From the NCBI GenBank assembly GCA_024137785.1, contig JAHRHZ010000040.1:9184418-9248417 (forward strand): 64,000 nucleotides of DNA. Reading direction: 5' to 3'. Source of the DNA: Ginglymostoma cirratum (taxonomy: Eukaryota). Position numbers and translations under genes: made by a program. Position 1 is the stretch's first letter, and every line of letters starts with the position of its first letter. Of the stretch, positions 11,230 to 24,829 are shown piece after piece. The notes beneath the pieces were generated by a model that had not been told where the DNA came from, ran no database searches, and saw only the letters and a program-made list of their open reading frames with translations.

Positions 11230-12770
11230 TTGGCCCAGTAATCTTGGCAATCAGGGACACCATCCAAATGCAGAGGAAGGAACAGAAGCACCAATCAAGT
11301 CTGTGAGACCTAATGGCCCTCATTACCTTGAAGCTGCATCAGTGCAAAGAATTTTGCGTCTGTCTATCTTCATGGACAGGAGCATGTTGGCTGCTTTGGT
11401 AAGTCAGACCCAGTATCCTCAGGGCATGCTGAGGATGCTGATAGACTTGTACTCCATTGCACCACTCATTATTCCTCAGGACCGAAGGTATGGCAACAGG
11501 GTAGCGCGAAACATTGACCCCACTGCCGGTTCTCTTCCACATTCAAGGAGACAGTACAGTACTGGGAGGCACACATTGGTGGATGAACCACACACACCCG
11601 CCTGCAAAGTCTCCTCAGGACACTGCAGATGTGGCTAGGACTCCCACCTCCCTGCCCACCTCTGACTCGTGGACATTCAGGCTCAGGAGGATCAACTTGT
11701 CCGTCGAGATCCAAGCGTCCCTGGGGCCACCCGATCAAACTTGCAGGGCTATCAGGTTCTGTTGCCGAACAAGCTCCCTTCACTCCAGCTACGGAACAAG
11801 GGAGTACACCAGGATGAGGTAGGAGGGACTGGAAGAAGAAAACTTATTTAGGGCACTTGGGTGGCACAGGTGACAATGGTTTGTACATGTTTCTCAGGTT
11901 ATGGAGTGTAATACAGAAACAGAAGTTCAATACCGTATGATGTCCCTGGGTAAGGCAGTCTCCATGTCTGTGTCCTGTACAGAGCATCAATCTGAGATCA
12001 AAGTTCTTTCCCCTTTTAAAGCCCTGTGTTCAGAGTTAGCTGAATTTCCTTCCCTTGCAAGTTGAGTTACTTATCCCACTCACTGTATGTTCGCAGCCAT
12101 TTTCTTCACCATTTCACATTTTGAATTTGCATCACAATAGAAGGCAAGTGTGTGCTCCTGTGCCAGTGGTTTCCAGCCTCAGCCTGAATGTGTCACTGAG
12201 CCCCCAGACATTCACAATCCCTCCTTTAGGCTTCACATTATCCTGAGTCCCCACTCAATCCATTTAAACAGATCTATATCTGCTCACCTCCACCGCGCCC
12301 GCCCCCACCCGCAGCCCCGGTATATGAAGTGAGCCAGCCCACCATGGTCATTCACTGCCTCCCAGTTCCTTGAAGCCAGGGTTCTCCTGACCATGCAGGT
12401 TCCTCCCCCTCCTTTCTAAGCCATGTTTTACAATATGCCCTTAGCCCCTTGCAGATACTCTTCCCCCTTCACAATTGTACTCTACCCTTCACCAGACCCT
12501 GAAGACTCCAATCCCAAAGGTCAACCTGCCGAGAATCAATCCCATGGCTATGGTTGCCCTTGACGCCACCAAGTTCCCACTTTCCTCTTATTTTCTATGG
12601 ATGGAGCCAATGGATTGACCGTGTCCTACTCTGACCAACCTGACTTGATTGTCCTGACTCGTGTCTATATTTTGACACTCCTACCCCTCCCTCTGGACTG
12701 TCAGCTGTGAAGCCAAAGGAATGACCCTGACTCACTCTCTGGACTGCAGAGGCACACATAGCCATCCTGA
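11230..12770. mobile_element. Possible degenerate Harbinger-type DNA transposon remnant
   Basis: GC-elevated block with broken ORFs; the minus strand near 12410-12437 reads IL*NMA*KG, similar to the transposase C-terminal LHN motif. Weak. Confidence 0.3.
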
Positions 12771-12779
12771 GTGAAAATA

Positions 12780-13099
12780 AGCAGCAGTTATTGCCCATCC
12801 CTAATTGCCCAGAGGGCAGTTAAGTATCGACCACATTGCTCTGGGTCTGGAGTCACATGTAGGTCAGACCAGGTAAGGATGGCAGTTTCCTTCCCTAAAG
12901 AACATTAGTGAACCAGATGGGTTTTTCCAACAATTGACAATGGATTCATTAAAAAAATAGACTCTTAACTCCAGATTTTTTTTATTGATTTCAAATTTCA
13001 TCATCTGCTGTACTGGGATTCGAACCCAGGTCCACAGATCATTATCTGGATCTCAAGATTAACAGTCTAGCCTTAATACCACTAGACCATCACCTCCCT
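12780..13099 (-). mobile_element. tRNA-derived SINE (MER131/MetaSINE-like core, LINE-type 3' tail)
   Basis: B-box gggttcgaatccc on minus near 13015-13028; core catctggttcactaatgttctttagggaaggaaac...; tail gggcaattagggatgggcaataa. Related copies at about 22950-23100(-), 24830-25180(+), 51180-51270(-), 51540-51900(-), 54810-55030(-). Confidence 0.75.
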
Positions 13100-13500
13100 C
13101 AGAAAATTGTGAGGGGTGGAGATACAGAAGATAGGAGAAACCTGTTTCCCTTTGCAGAGAGTTAAAAAAAGAGTCATAGATTCAAGCTAAGTGGCAGAAG
13201 GATTGGAGAGGAAGTGAGGAAGAACTTTTTAATGCAGAGGGTCATGGGTGTCTGGAATACATTGCTTGAGATGGAGGCAGAGACCAAAGCTGTTCCAAAA
13301 AGTACCTAATTGTGCACCTTAAGTGCTGTAAGCTGCAGGTCCAAGTGCCATGTGCAAGAAGATGGGATTTTAAACTAATTCTTTGTGGGATGAGGGTGTC
13401 ACTGCCTAGGCCACAAAGGGCATCTGGTTGTCTTTGTGACGGCATGGACAAGATGGACTGAATGGATCCCTTCTCTGCTGTATCATTTCTACAGTTCTAC
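13100..13500 (+). mobile_element. CR1-clade LINE 3' end
   Basis: Remnant ORF2 C-terminus (aactttttaatgcagaggg...tggaatac) followed by the 3' UTR tail ggcatggacaagatggactgaatgg...ctgctgtatc. Confidence 0.8.
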
Positions 13501-14080
13501 GGTTTGGAGAGATAAGGTAACCCTATCAATGTGATTCTGGATAACATTTTGGAGTTAGGCACTCTTGGTGAGGGAAAAGTCCGTGCTGCTCCTGGTAGGG
13601 GGACTGGTAGAGTTAAGTAACCTGACAGGAGCAGCAGATATCCTAGGGTGATGGTAGTTATGTATTCTTTGGGATTATTAACAGTAGAGAAAGTTGTGTC
13701 TGAACACTTTGGAGCTGTAAAGCTGTGAAAGGCTTGTAAAACATATTAATAACTGTCAAGAAATGTCAAATCTATTAACAACTGTCAGTTTTTATTTCAT
13801 GAATGAAAGTGGTCTACTACACAGAACTTTAAAGAATAGTTTTCCTCCTGTGCACATGGTACCAGTAGATACAAGGTGAATTGGGACAGTAAATAAAGAG
13901 GAAAGGATGGTAGGTGGAAGTATGCACTAAGTTGGCATAGAGGGTAACAGGAATCATGGGGATGGATGGACGGCATTGGGTACTATGTCTTGGCATGGAT
14001 GAGCAGGGAGGAATGTCTAGGGGTGAAAGGCAGTGAGGAAATGTGAAGATAGAGAGCTGGAGAGATACTTTGTTTTATTA

Positions 14081-15608
14081 TAACAAGGTGTAGAGCTGGA
14101 TGAACACAACAGGCCAAGCAGCATCAGAGGAGCAGGAAAGCTGACATTTCAGGTCTGGACCCTTCTTCAGAAATGGGGAAGGGGAAGGGGACACAAATAA
14201 ATAGAGGGGGAGGTGATGATGGAAGGTGGATAGAGGAGCAGATAGGTGGAGAGAAGACAGACAGATGGGGATGGAGCCAGTAAAGGTGAGTGTAAGTAGG
14301 GAGTTGGGATGGGGTTGGTCAGTTGGGAGGGAGGGGTGGGCAGGAGGGAGGTAAGACGGACAGGTCAAGGAGGCAGGGATGAGGCTAGTAGGTAGGACGT
14401 GGGGGTGAATGGGGGTTGGTCAGTGAGGTGGGAAGAGCGGATAGGTGGGAGAAAAGATGGACAGGTCAAGGAGGCAAGGATGAGCTGTGCTGGTCTTGGG
14501 ATGGGGGTGGGGAGATTTTGAAGCTTGTGAAGTCCACATTGATACCATTGGGCTGCAGGGTTCCCAAGCGAAGTATGACGTGCTGTTTCTCCAGCCTTCA
14601 GGTGGCATCATTGTGGCACTGGAGGAGGCCTAGGATGGACATGTCGTCCAAAGAATGGGAGGGGGAGGTGAAGTGGTTTGCGACTGGGAGGTGCAGTCGT
14701 TTGTCACGAACCGAGTGTAGGTGTTCTACAAAGTGGTTTCCAAGCCTCCGCTTGGTTTCCCCGATGTAGGGGCCACATTGGGAACAGCGAATACAATATA
14801 CCACATTAGCAGATGTGCATGTGAACATCTGTTTAATGTGGAAGGTTTTCTTGGGGCCTGGGATGGGGGTGAGGGGTGAGGTGTAGCGGCACGTGTAGCA
14901 TTTCCTGCGGTTGCAGAGAAAGTGCCAGGGGTGGTGGGGCTAGTGGGGAGTGTCGAGTGGACAAGGGAGTCACGGAGAGAGTGGTCCCTCCGGAAGGCAG
15001 ATAAGGGTGGGGAGGGAAAACGTCCTTGGTAGTGGAGTCAGATTGCAGGTGGCGGAAGGGGCGGAGGATGATGTGTTGGATTCGGAGGTTGGTGGGGTGG
15101 TGTGTGAGGACGAGGGGGGTTCTGTCTTTGTTGTTATTGCGGGGATGGGGCGTGAGGGATGAGTTGCGGGAAATGCGTGAGATGCGGTCGAGGGTGTTTT
15201 CAACCACTGTGTAGGGGAAATTGCTGTGGTTGAAAAATGAGGACATCTGGGATGTGCGGGAGTGGAATGCCTCATCTTGGGAGCAGATGCGGTGGAGGCG
15301 AAGGCATTGGGAATACGGGAAGGCATTCTTGCAGGAAGGTGGGTGGGAGGAGGAGTATTCTAGGTAGCTGTGGGAGTCAGTAGGCTTGAAATAAGTATCA
15401 GTTTCCAGGTGGTTGCCAGAGATGGAAACAGAGAGGTCCAGGAAGGAGAGAGAGGTATCGGACATGGTCCAGGTGAACTTAAGGTTGGGGTGGAAGGTGT
15501 TAGTAAAGTGGATGAACTGTTCGAGCTCCTCGTGGGAGCACGAGGGGGTGCCGATATAGTCATCGATATAACGGAGGAAGAGGTGGGGGATGGGGGCAGT
15601 GTAGCTGC
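14081..15608 (-). mobile_element. Penelope-like element, 1.5 kb, 5'-truncated (RT C-terminus, GIY-YIG, tail), perfect 11-bp TSD
   Basis: FLRYIDDYIG...FLDLSV...YFKPTDSHSYL (14833..15696-); VVYCIRC...YIGETKRRLG (14598..14828-); TSD ttgttttatta at 14070-14080 and 15609-15619; decayed hammerhead at about 14139-14174. Confidence 0.95.
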
Positions 15609-16499
15609 TTGTTTTATTACTTTCTTTTAATTTTGCACACAGTACCCAGCCCTTCCTCAGCACTTCCTGGGTTGCTTGGCCTGACTTCCGATTCATCTTG
15701 GATCCCCAGATTAAAAATGAAAAGTGTGAGCGGCCATTTTAAAGTACTATTCTGTGGAGCTCACATTTCTCCCACCTCTACACACCTATGCCAGAAGTAA
15801 AAGTCAGAACCACTAAGCTACAGTGGTGGCACTAATAATCCCCTACACATACTTGTAAGAAGTCACCAAATTTTTATTATGTGATAGAAAAGGTAAATCA
15901 GAGCCCCAGATTTTCATTTATGTATATAAATAGATTAGAATGGTTAATATGGGAAGCATATTTTAGATTAATGCCAATAAGATAGTAAATACAATGGGTG
16001 AGAATGTAAATAATTGTAAAAGAGCTTAAAAAAAAACCAAAACAAGAGCAGATAATAATGTGTGCATAGTTCAATGTAATACATTCTGAACCTATGAATA
16101 CCAAATGTGTGAATTTCTTTAGTCAAATTTGCATCCCTTCCTGTTATAGTACCAAAACGCCTCTTACCAAAATCATAATTAAAATCCTGTGAGACTGTGA
16201 TAAAGAAGAACTATCTTGCATCACCCTGGCTGTAGCATTCCATGTAACTGATCACACAATTTTCTGTCAATGCCTCTCTCTTATTGTCTGGCTGGGCAGG
16301 AGTACCGTCACTTACATCATAGGAGCAGAAATCCTCATGTGTTGAAGAGAAATATTTGGGAGCTGAATATAAGAAGAGATCGAACTGTGGAGCCAAATGG
16401 AGTAAAAAGCTGTTTAAGATTCAGTATTGTGTGATGAGACAGAGAAATCATTCATCTCATAGTAAAAGATCCTCTGGGAAATAAGCAATGACACAATTT

Positions 16500-17390
16500 A
16501 ATTCCAAAAGACATTTGAGAGTGACATACACAAGTCTAAAACAAAAATCTTAAATTTAAATAATTAAGGTAGAGGTGGCTTAGGGCTAGTTGGGCAAATA
16601 AGCTAAAATGAAAGGTGATAAATAAGAAATTGGAAACATTTAAAGAATAGATTTTATGCTCAAGAAAATATATTCCATTAAGATTAAAAACTCACAAGAA
16701 AGATCTATCTGTAGCTTACTAAGAAAGCCGGGGACTGTAGTAGATTAAAGAAGGAGGTGTATAATATCACAAAGAATAGTGGGTTCGGATAGACTTAGTA
16801 ACCAGCAAAGGATGACTAAAGAATTGGTAAAAAGAGAAGAAATAGCAAGAGAATAACAGGTGAATATAGAATAGATTGTAAGAGTTTTCACATGGGTATG
16901 ACAGGGGAAGTAGCTAATGTAAATATAAGATGCAGAAACAGGTTAGCTGGTTAAGCATCACCTGTTGAGAAAGGAAAATAAAATTACATTTCAAGTCAAT
17001 AATCTTTCATCAAAAAAGTTCTGAGTGGTGATCATGTTAAAACATAGAAGATTCTGAAAGGCAGACACAGAGGGTTTGCTTTCTTTAACAAGGGAATCTA
17101 GAACATTGGCACAACGCCAGAATAAAGGGTCAATCAATCAAGATTGAGATGATTAGACATGTTACTTTACACAGACGGCTGTACATCTTTTGAAGTTTCT
17201 ACCCCAAAGTACTATGGATACTGCATCACTGAAAACAGTCAAGATTGAGATCAACAGATTTTCTTGGTCTCTCAGGAAATCAAAGGATTAGGGACACTTG
17301 GGACTGCAGAGTTAGGTAGATGATCAGTCACGTTTGTATTGAGCAGTAGAGCAGGCCAGAGGGGCCTCATGCTTCGATTTCTTATCACGT
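16500..17390 (+). mobile_element. Old CR1-clade LINE fragments
   Basis: Recognisable tether region and 3'-end motifs (agaataaagggtcaatca, gattgagatcaacagattt, gagcaggccagagggg). Confidence 0.6.
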
Positions 17391-18351
17391 TGAATTTAAA
17401 AGGCTATAAAAAATTTACAAAGATGTTGGATCAATAGAGTGAAAATTAAAGGACAGAAGGAAAGAAGAATTATTCATCTGTGTCATAAAATTGGTATGTG
17501 CAAATTATACTGCTCTAGACAACAGGTACATGATCGAAGCAATTGTAAGGCAGTAAAGCCCAGGTAAAGAGGCAATCTTGCACCCGAGGAGAAAACAAAA
17601 CAAGTTCCAGGCCTGAGACATAAGTAGGCAATTGCAAATATATGCTATTTTAGGAACACTGAATAACTGTAGGCAATTTTGAGTTTTAAATTTGAGAAAT
17701 GTCTCATTTTCCACACCTTTAAGAATTATAGCCATATGGAACATGCATTCCTCAGCAAATTTATATTGGGCCCAATATCTCACAAAAAGTCGAGGTGGCT
17801 CAACTGTGCAATAGACTTCCACGTGAACTAATCCCTGTGTGTCTGGAACTCAACGTTAGCTCTATGCAATGGAGCTTCACCCAGGACATTGGAACTCCAC
17901 AATTTGAATTGTTTCAAGGAAATTTCTCCCATGTCTTCCTGAATGCTACTGCACATTCTATGTTTTACCCCCCAGTGGCAAATATCCCCTGTGAAATGCC
18001 CTCTACAAAAGGGTCTTCCCCTTTTTCCTGAGGATTGGAGTTCTGGGGATGGAGAGTGCTACATGCAGCAGTCCCAAGTAAGCATCATTTAAATAAATTC
18101 ATGGCATGCTACTCCATATGTAGTTTATGTAGCCTGGATGAAAATGTTTCTCACATTTATGTTGAGTGTTTCAGTATGCAGCTCCTCTCGCATTTTTGAA
18201 CAGGCTGCTTCTCAGTTTCTGGTTGCACTTCAGGCCCATGCTCCTGATCTGTGGGTGCTCTTGGACCTGCCCTAAGTTACAATCCAGGCAGCAGTCTGTG
18301 GAGGAGGTTATTGTGTCTGACTGTCTGCACTTCTTTCCAAGTTGCATCTTT

Positions 18352-18522
18352 TCACAGAATCCCTACAGTGTGGAAACAGGCCCTTCGGCCCAACAAGTCC
18401 ACACCGAACCTCAGAGCATCCCACCCAGACCCACCACCCCCCCCCAACAACCCACCTAACCTACACCACCCTGAACACTACGGGCAATTTAGCATGGCCA
18501 ATCCACCTAACCTGCACATCTG
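18352..18522 (-). mobile_element. HE1-like V-SINE, 5'-truncated
   Basis: atccctacagtgtggaaacaggcccttcggccc...gggcaatttagcatggccaatccacctaacctgcacatc; same family as 52659-52990. Confidence 0.85.
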
Positions 18523-19299
18523 TGCTTGGCTGTCCATGGAGAGGGAGCATGTGGTATACCCCAGCATGATAGAGGCCTTTTGGGCACCACAGAGGCTGGG
18601 GTGCATCATCACCCCGGTTAATGTTCCCTTACATAAGTGTCTGCTAACTGTTAGTTTGTAGTTTTGTAACAGAGCCCCATTATAGGGGATGTTTAACCCA
18701 ATTTTGTAAATTTAAAGTTTAAAAGGTAGAAGTTTGCCTCGCTGCCTGGTCAATACATAAAAGATGCAGCGAATTGCTCCTGATGTTGAGATACTGGATA
18801 TCTCACACAATTCTGCCACAAATCTCATCATTGCCTGATGGTTCAGGCCCCTAAGACTCTGCCCATTGTTTCTGTTGGGATCTTTACAATTCTACGTTTC
18901 TCACATAAATCCATTCATTTTTTGTGAAAAAAATGTAAATAGAACTCCTTAGTAACAATTAATTGTTAAGAAGGTTGGACAACAAAAACAAGCCAGCAAA
19001 GCTCCAAATATGTCACCAATCTGGGTCAAGTTATCTGATCTCAGCCATTGCAGTTAGTTGGGTAATACAACCACACTCAGCATGGAGAGGGGATAAGTCA
19101 ACCAATGTGTCCATTTGTGACTGATATTGAAACGGAATTAGGCTAATTTAAGTACTCCAAAGTCTCAGTCTGAATCACAAACTGGCAGCCCAAATCTCCA
19201 TAGATCCATCACTTCCATTTGGTTCAAGTGTGCTGACCAACAAATGGGTATTTTTTCATCCCCACAATCTCTGAACTATGAATCTTATGTTCCCTTACC

Positions 19300-19695
19300 T
19301 TTCAAAAGTCGGTTTATCATGGTGTTCTGAGACTTTGTTGGATCCACCTGCACCAAAAACAAATGTCTGTGTTTTTCTCAAAGCTAGCTCTACAAGCATT
19401 CAGGCAAAACTTCTGCAAAATCAACCATGAAGGGCAGCTGAAAAACATCTGCTCTGCCAAATCCTGTAACTCAACCCTCAAATGGCCAGCGTTTTGGGGG
19501 GAGGAAGCATACAAAAACACACCAAAGACACAATGAAGTACTACTTGAATTATAACAGCATTGACATTAATGACTGGGTTGTGCTTTCTGCCATTGATTC
19601 AAAATGCCAACAACTTGCTTATCAATCTGCATCATGCTGAGTCTAAATGCCTTAATCATGAAGCAGGACAGCAGCAAAGAAGATAAGAAAGCAAA
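19300..19695 (+). mobile_element. RTE-clade LINE 3' remnant
   Basis: Decayed equivalents of SIQAKLLQNQ, LPNPV and KDTMKYYL...IDINDW, resembling an RTE ORF C-terminus. Confidence 0.5.
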
Positions 19696-19809
19696 TCTGA
19701 AGAAGTCATCTTGGAATCAAAACATTAATTCTATTTCTCTCTTTACTAATGCTGTTCGACTTGCTGAGTTTCTCCAGCATTTTGTTTTTATTTCAGATTA
19801 GAAATATTT

Positions 19810-21000
19810 TGGTTCAATTTTCTGATTGATACTGGTTTACTCATGGATTCTGATAGCCTGGAGAAGATCAGCAGTCATTGCAGATACATTGTTGCAGATT
19901 TGTTGGAAAAGAGAGAAGGAAGACTCCATCCTGTGTTCATTTTGTTCATTTGACCTTGGTTTTGTAGATGACTGTGGTGGCTTTAAAAAAACTTTGGATT
20001 TTATGACAGTGTACCATCCGATTTCTCTGACTTTCCCTTCTTGCCACTCACATTTACCTTACAGAATGTTCTTCAAGGTTCAGCTTTGAGCTGTTGGAAT
20101 GCTATCTTCTTCACAAGTGAACTTGGGTTGTTCTGCCAGATGATGTAATCTGCTGTATTTGTATTCCAGGAATTTCTGCATTGCTTTGATTGAACCAATC
20201 CTGGTGACGATAATGTTCAAATCTAGTGCTCTTGGCACAGGAGTCCAGTGCAATCGACTTTATTTAATCCCATTGTTCTGAAAGTAAGTTAGGTGTGTGA
20301 AGATCTTCCAGACTAGTGGTGAGCAGCTTTTGGAATTCCTCTTTGGTCAAGCTGCTTTTGGGCTAAGACTTTTTTGTGATGTTTTATGGTGGTGGAAGCT
20401 CATTACCAGTGAAACATGCCAATGATTTGCCCAATAGGCAACAGTCTCCTGCAAAGATCAATTGATATTGGCATCTCTTAGATCTATCACTGAACCAATG
20501 GCATAATTCAGAAGATGTGAACAATTTGGTCTGGAAGTCTCCACATGTTTTTGTATAGGTCTTTCTGGGGAAGGTAGTATTTGTTACGACGAGATCATGC
20601 TGTGTACTTTTATTTAAGCAGTAGAACACCCTTTGCCTTGACGTTTTCCCCAATGTTTCCTCTCCAGACATTGGGATCACAGCTGTGGCATTAAAGGAAT
20701 AGTTTCTTCTTTTGGGATAACAATGAGGAGTTCAAGGTCAGCACAGAACTTTTTCTTGACATCTCTACCATGATCAAGAGTCAGAGCATAACCATTGATG
20801 ACAATAGCATATTAGTTATGGCTGAGCCTTTCATTTGTATCACTGGGGAGTTCTAGCACTGCATCCAAGATCCTAGCCCAAAGGCAAGATCAATTTCAGG
20901 ATACTATGGTGCCTATGAGTCTTGTCTTTCCAATAGAAGGTGTATCCCCTACTAGTTCCAACAACTGACCCTGCCAAGGAAGGCAGATCACAGACGGTCC
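19810..21000 (-). mobile_element. RTE-clade LINE endonuclease-region remnant
   Basis: ORF 20384..20680(-) has LGK...QHDLVVTNTTF...KT, like the RTE APE domain; decayed ALVRSQE...VLxDLELL pattern near 20730-20790. Confidence 0.6.
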
Positions 21001-22235
21001 ATTACCTTCAGCTGTTTCATGGCATCACAGAGTGAATCAAACTGACATCTGTGATGCAGGAGACCTAAAGAGGATGAATTACAATAAGAAATGGATTTGT
21101 CTACTCACATTTCTGGTTGAAGATGACTGCAGAGTTTGGATCTGATCCATTAGTTTTGTGATTGCTTACTCCTATCTATTGCATGCTGTCTGCTGCTTAG
21201 CATGCAATTTGTCTTGTAACTCTGCTAGGGTAACACCTGATTTTTAGATATGCCTGGTGCTGCTCCTTGATACCTTCCTGCAAGCTTCATTAAACTAGGT
21301 CTAATCTCTTCAAAAAATATCTTGTGTGTACTTTTTTTAAAATTATGGACTGATTTAAGAAAGATCGGTTTCAAAACCAGTGTTTTTCTAGGATTGCTAC
21401 ATGTTTTGAAAAGCAGGTGTGGTGAGCATCGTTTAAACAGCTGCCTAATCAAACAGTAACTGAAATTTGCAGATGAACTGGCACTGAGGGGCTCTGTATT
21501 CAGATGGCACTTTGGTTGGCGACAAGAATTTGATTAGTCAATTATCAGTGACAAAAGCCTTTCACCCGCCAACAACTATATGGGTGGTTCTCAAGTAACT
21601 GGAGAGGTTGAGGCTAGGAATAAGATATCTAGATATCTTCCACCTCAGGAGCTGTTCCTGTTTTCTCCAGTAAGCCACTTTGAACCTGAAGAAAACTTGT
21701 TTATCATTCCTACGGCAGTTGCTGCAAGTTATGACTTTTCATTGACAAGTGAAGCGCCATGCTGTGCTCTTTGTAAACCAATAGAAGTATTTGGAAAAGG
21801 ATAAGAAGTATTCTGATCAGCTGAAAAAAAAAACCTCAAAAAATCTAGTAAACAAAGACAATTGAACTGCTTTCCTATTTTACCTCAATGTACTTTTCTT
21901 TCCCCTGCATCTGTCTGTGTGCACATAAGGCAGAGTCTTAAGAAGCTTTAATTAGTAATGTTATTTGCTGATGGTTTATAAGGGCTTACATGTAGCTAGG
22001 TTCCAATGACTTGTAAGAAAAACACTAATACTTGTTAAGTACAGAAACCTGCTTTGAATTTTCTAACAACCAGAGTTTGAAAATCAGTTAAGTTGGGGAA
22101 TTTTGCATGTTTTGGAATCATTAACTTTTGTGACAACTCCAGAAACTGCAGTGCACTACCTCAGTGAGTCATGTCATTGCTCAGTTCAATGGTAATGTTC
22201 CACTGGGGATTAAAAAGCCATAATGTTACAGATTG

Positions 22236-22382
22236 AAAAAAAAAAGTGGACGCTGAAAGACAGAAACAAAACCAGAAACTAGTAGGAAAACTCAGTAGGT
22301 CTGGCAGTGTTCCGAAGAAGGGTCACTAGACCTGAAAGGTTAACTCTGCTTTCTCTCCACAGATGCTGCCAGACCAGCTGAG
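22236..22382. mobile_element. Mini inverted PLE-tail element with decayed hammerhead, 11-bp TSD
   Basis: Minus-oriented tail 22236-22309 joined to a plus-oriented piece starting ttccgaagaagggtcactagacctgaaaggttaact; TSD gttacagattg/gttacaaattg at 22225-22235 and 22383-22393. Confidence 0.75.
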
Positions 22383-23564
22383 GTTACAAATTGTGTTGGC
22401 TGTACAATTCTGCTGCTGCTGTTGATTGCCCATGGTGGCTCATTCATGCTCAGTTTTGAACTGCTAGATCTATTCAAAGTCTGTCCCATTTAGCACAGGG
22501 ATAGTGCCAAAAACACACACAGTAAAAAAAAAGTGAATCCTGGTGAAGATGAAGTCAAGATTTTCTCCTTCTTGTTGATATTTCATTATCTGTTACAGAT
22601 CCAGTTTTAGTAGCTACATTCTTTGGGAGTTGGTCAGCAATGGTTTCACCAAGTTACTCTTGTGAAGGACATCCATAGTACATTCTGTGCCTTTCCCACC
22701 CTCAGTACATCCTCCAAGTGGGTTCAGCAAAGGGGGCTGGAAGGTTGCAATCAGCAGTTGATTAGCTGTAAGGTATGATTCTGTGAGAATGAGGGTATTA
22801 GGCTGCTTGACTACAGTGTGGGACATCTCTCAGATGTTGGGAAGGAGGACTTTGCAAAGATGACACGTTTGTATTTGCTGTTGGCCTTTGTGTTGCCAGG
22901 ATGGATGCTGGGTGGACTACACAACATCATTCCTTTGTAGCTGCTTGATACAACTGAGTGTCTTGCTAGACCATTTCTGACAGCAGTTAAGAACCAATCA
23001 CATTGCTTTGGGTCTGGAATCACATGTTGACATGACAAGCTAAAAATGGCAGATCTCCTTCCCTAAAGGACATTAATGAAACAGTTGTCAGTTTTTATAA
23101 TCAAATGAAAGCAAAATACTATGAGGTTTGAAGATCTGAAATTAAAACAAACTACTAAAGACTTAACAAGTCTGGCAGCATCTGTAGAGACATACAGAGT
23201 TAATGTTTCAAGACCAATATAGTTTTTCTTTGGAATTCACAGGTTTCTCTGTCATTTCCTGTTTTAAATAATGGGCCATACTTGTTTGATTAGTAAGCGG
23301 AAACATTTCTGCACATCTTTCCTCTAAGATTTTTACAAAACAAATAGCTTGAAACTTGAGTACCTAATAGTTGAAATAGCACCTGATTATTATTGATTTT
23401 AACTTGTGAAAACTTTTGAAATGAAACGACACCTCCAAGAACCAATAATAAAAAATAAATGTTTGCAGACCTCTCATGGCAAGTTTCACACCCAGTATGC
23501 CCTTTCAATGCTGACATTTTTGTGCTTCACTGCTGACAGACACTGCATACAGGACAAAATAACT

Positions 23565-23670
23565 CACATGGGCCAAGAGCAGGCAGGTGGGATGCGTTTA
23601 GTTGGGAATTACGTTCAGCATGAACTACTTGGGCTGAAGGGTCTTTTTCCATGTTGTACGACTGTATGAC
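23565..23670 (+). mobile_element. 106-bp CR1/HER1 3' tail insertion with 7-bp TSD
   Basis: atgggccaa...gggctgaagggtctttttccatgttgtacgactgtatgac matches the other CR1 tails in the window; TSD aataact at 23558-23564 and 23671-23677. Confidence 0.8.
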
Positions 23671-24829
23671 AATAACTATATTAATTCAAAATCACAGCAA
23701 AGGATTCTCTTTACTGTGCAAAAGCCCAGATACTCCACAATAGTAATGCTAAACTCAACTGCAGTTCTGCCGCAGCCCAGAACATGCCAGTTCTGTAAGA
23801 TCCGAAAATTATTTTCCTGCAGTTAAAATACCTCTCTTCCTTTCAGTACAGCTAAATACTAAAACCCCAAACATTTTGGCCAAGGGAGGGCAGAATAAAA
23901 CAGGAAAAGGGAATGTTAGAAATCACAGTGAAAAGGAAAAGTGTATCTTATGCTAGCAATTTTCTATCCTTACACAATAGAAAGAGATAGGACAAAAAAA
24001 AGGGTAAATTCCTCACTGTAACCAACTTCTTCCCAAACCCACTTGTCCGAATGAGCAATCCTACCAGTTCTAATTTCACTGCAACCAACTCTCATTTGCA
24101 CAAAGCATATCTATCAAGCATTAACAAGGTGCAACTATTAAATGGAGTAACTCTCCCTGTCTCCCAAAAATTCAATCATAAGTGACTTACCATGTCCCTT
24201 CTCTCTAAACACTACCCTTTCAGTTTTTCTCACCTCCCAATGGACACATGTGCTGAAAGTATCACAAAGATCACAGGTGCCCCAACCCACTGTATCGATT
24301 CTATTCCCTGAAACTGCTATGGGAATACCCGGCTGCATCTAGGTGGCTGCAAGACCTGTCCTGCTACACTTCCAGCAGCACAGTGAGGCTCAAGGAATCT
24401 TGAATTTCCTCTGATATCCAACTACATCTTGCATGTCCCCCACTAAACATTTTCAGCTGAAAACTGGTAGCAATCAATTAACATGAAGAACATAAATAAC
24501 ATGGGAGATGAGCACTTCCACAGAATTAGCGGCTGTGCAATCCAATCCCAAATCACCAGCATGCTATTAATTAGTAATTGTAATTGATTTATTCAACACA
24601 TTACACATTAGTGGCTCTCATGTTATCCCTGACAAAATAATTCCAGAAATTCACAATTCTGGCCACTAACCCAAATGTAGTAGAGTACAACGTTCAGATA
24701 CAGCTAAGTTCTAAATTATAATGGCAAGGGTTATTTAAAATTCCTAGCTTTCATCATGTAACTGTTTTGCTATCTCTAACCTCAGGAATATCAGAGTGTG
24801 TATCCTTCAATTCATAGAATCAACATTAG

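Noticed and set aside
21310-22135. Possible second solo LTR interrupting a LINE remnant
   Set aside because: No clear TG...CA pair or TSD could be fixed by eye.
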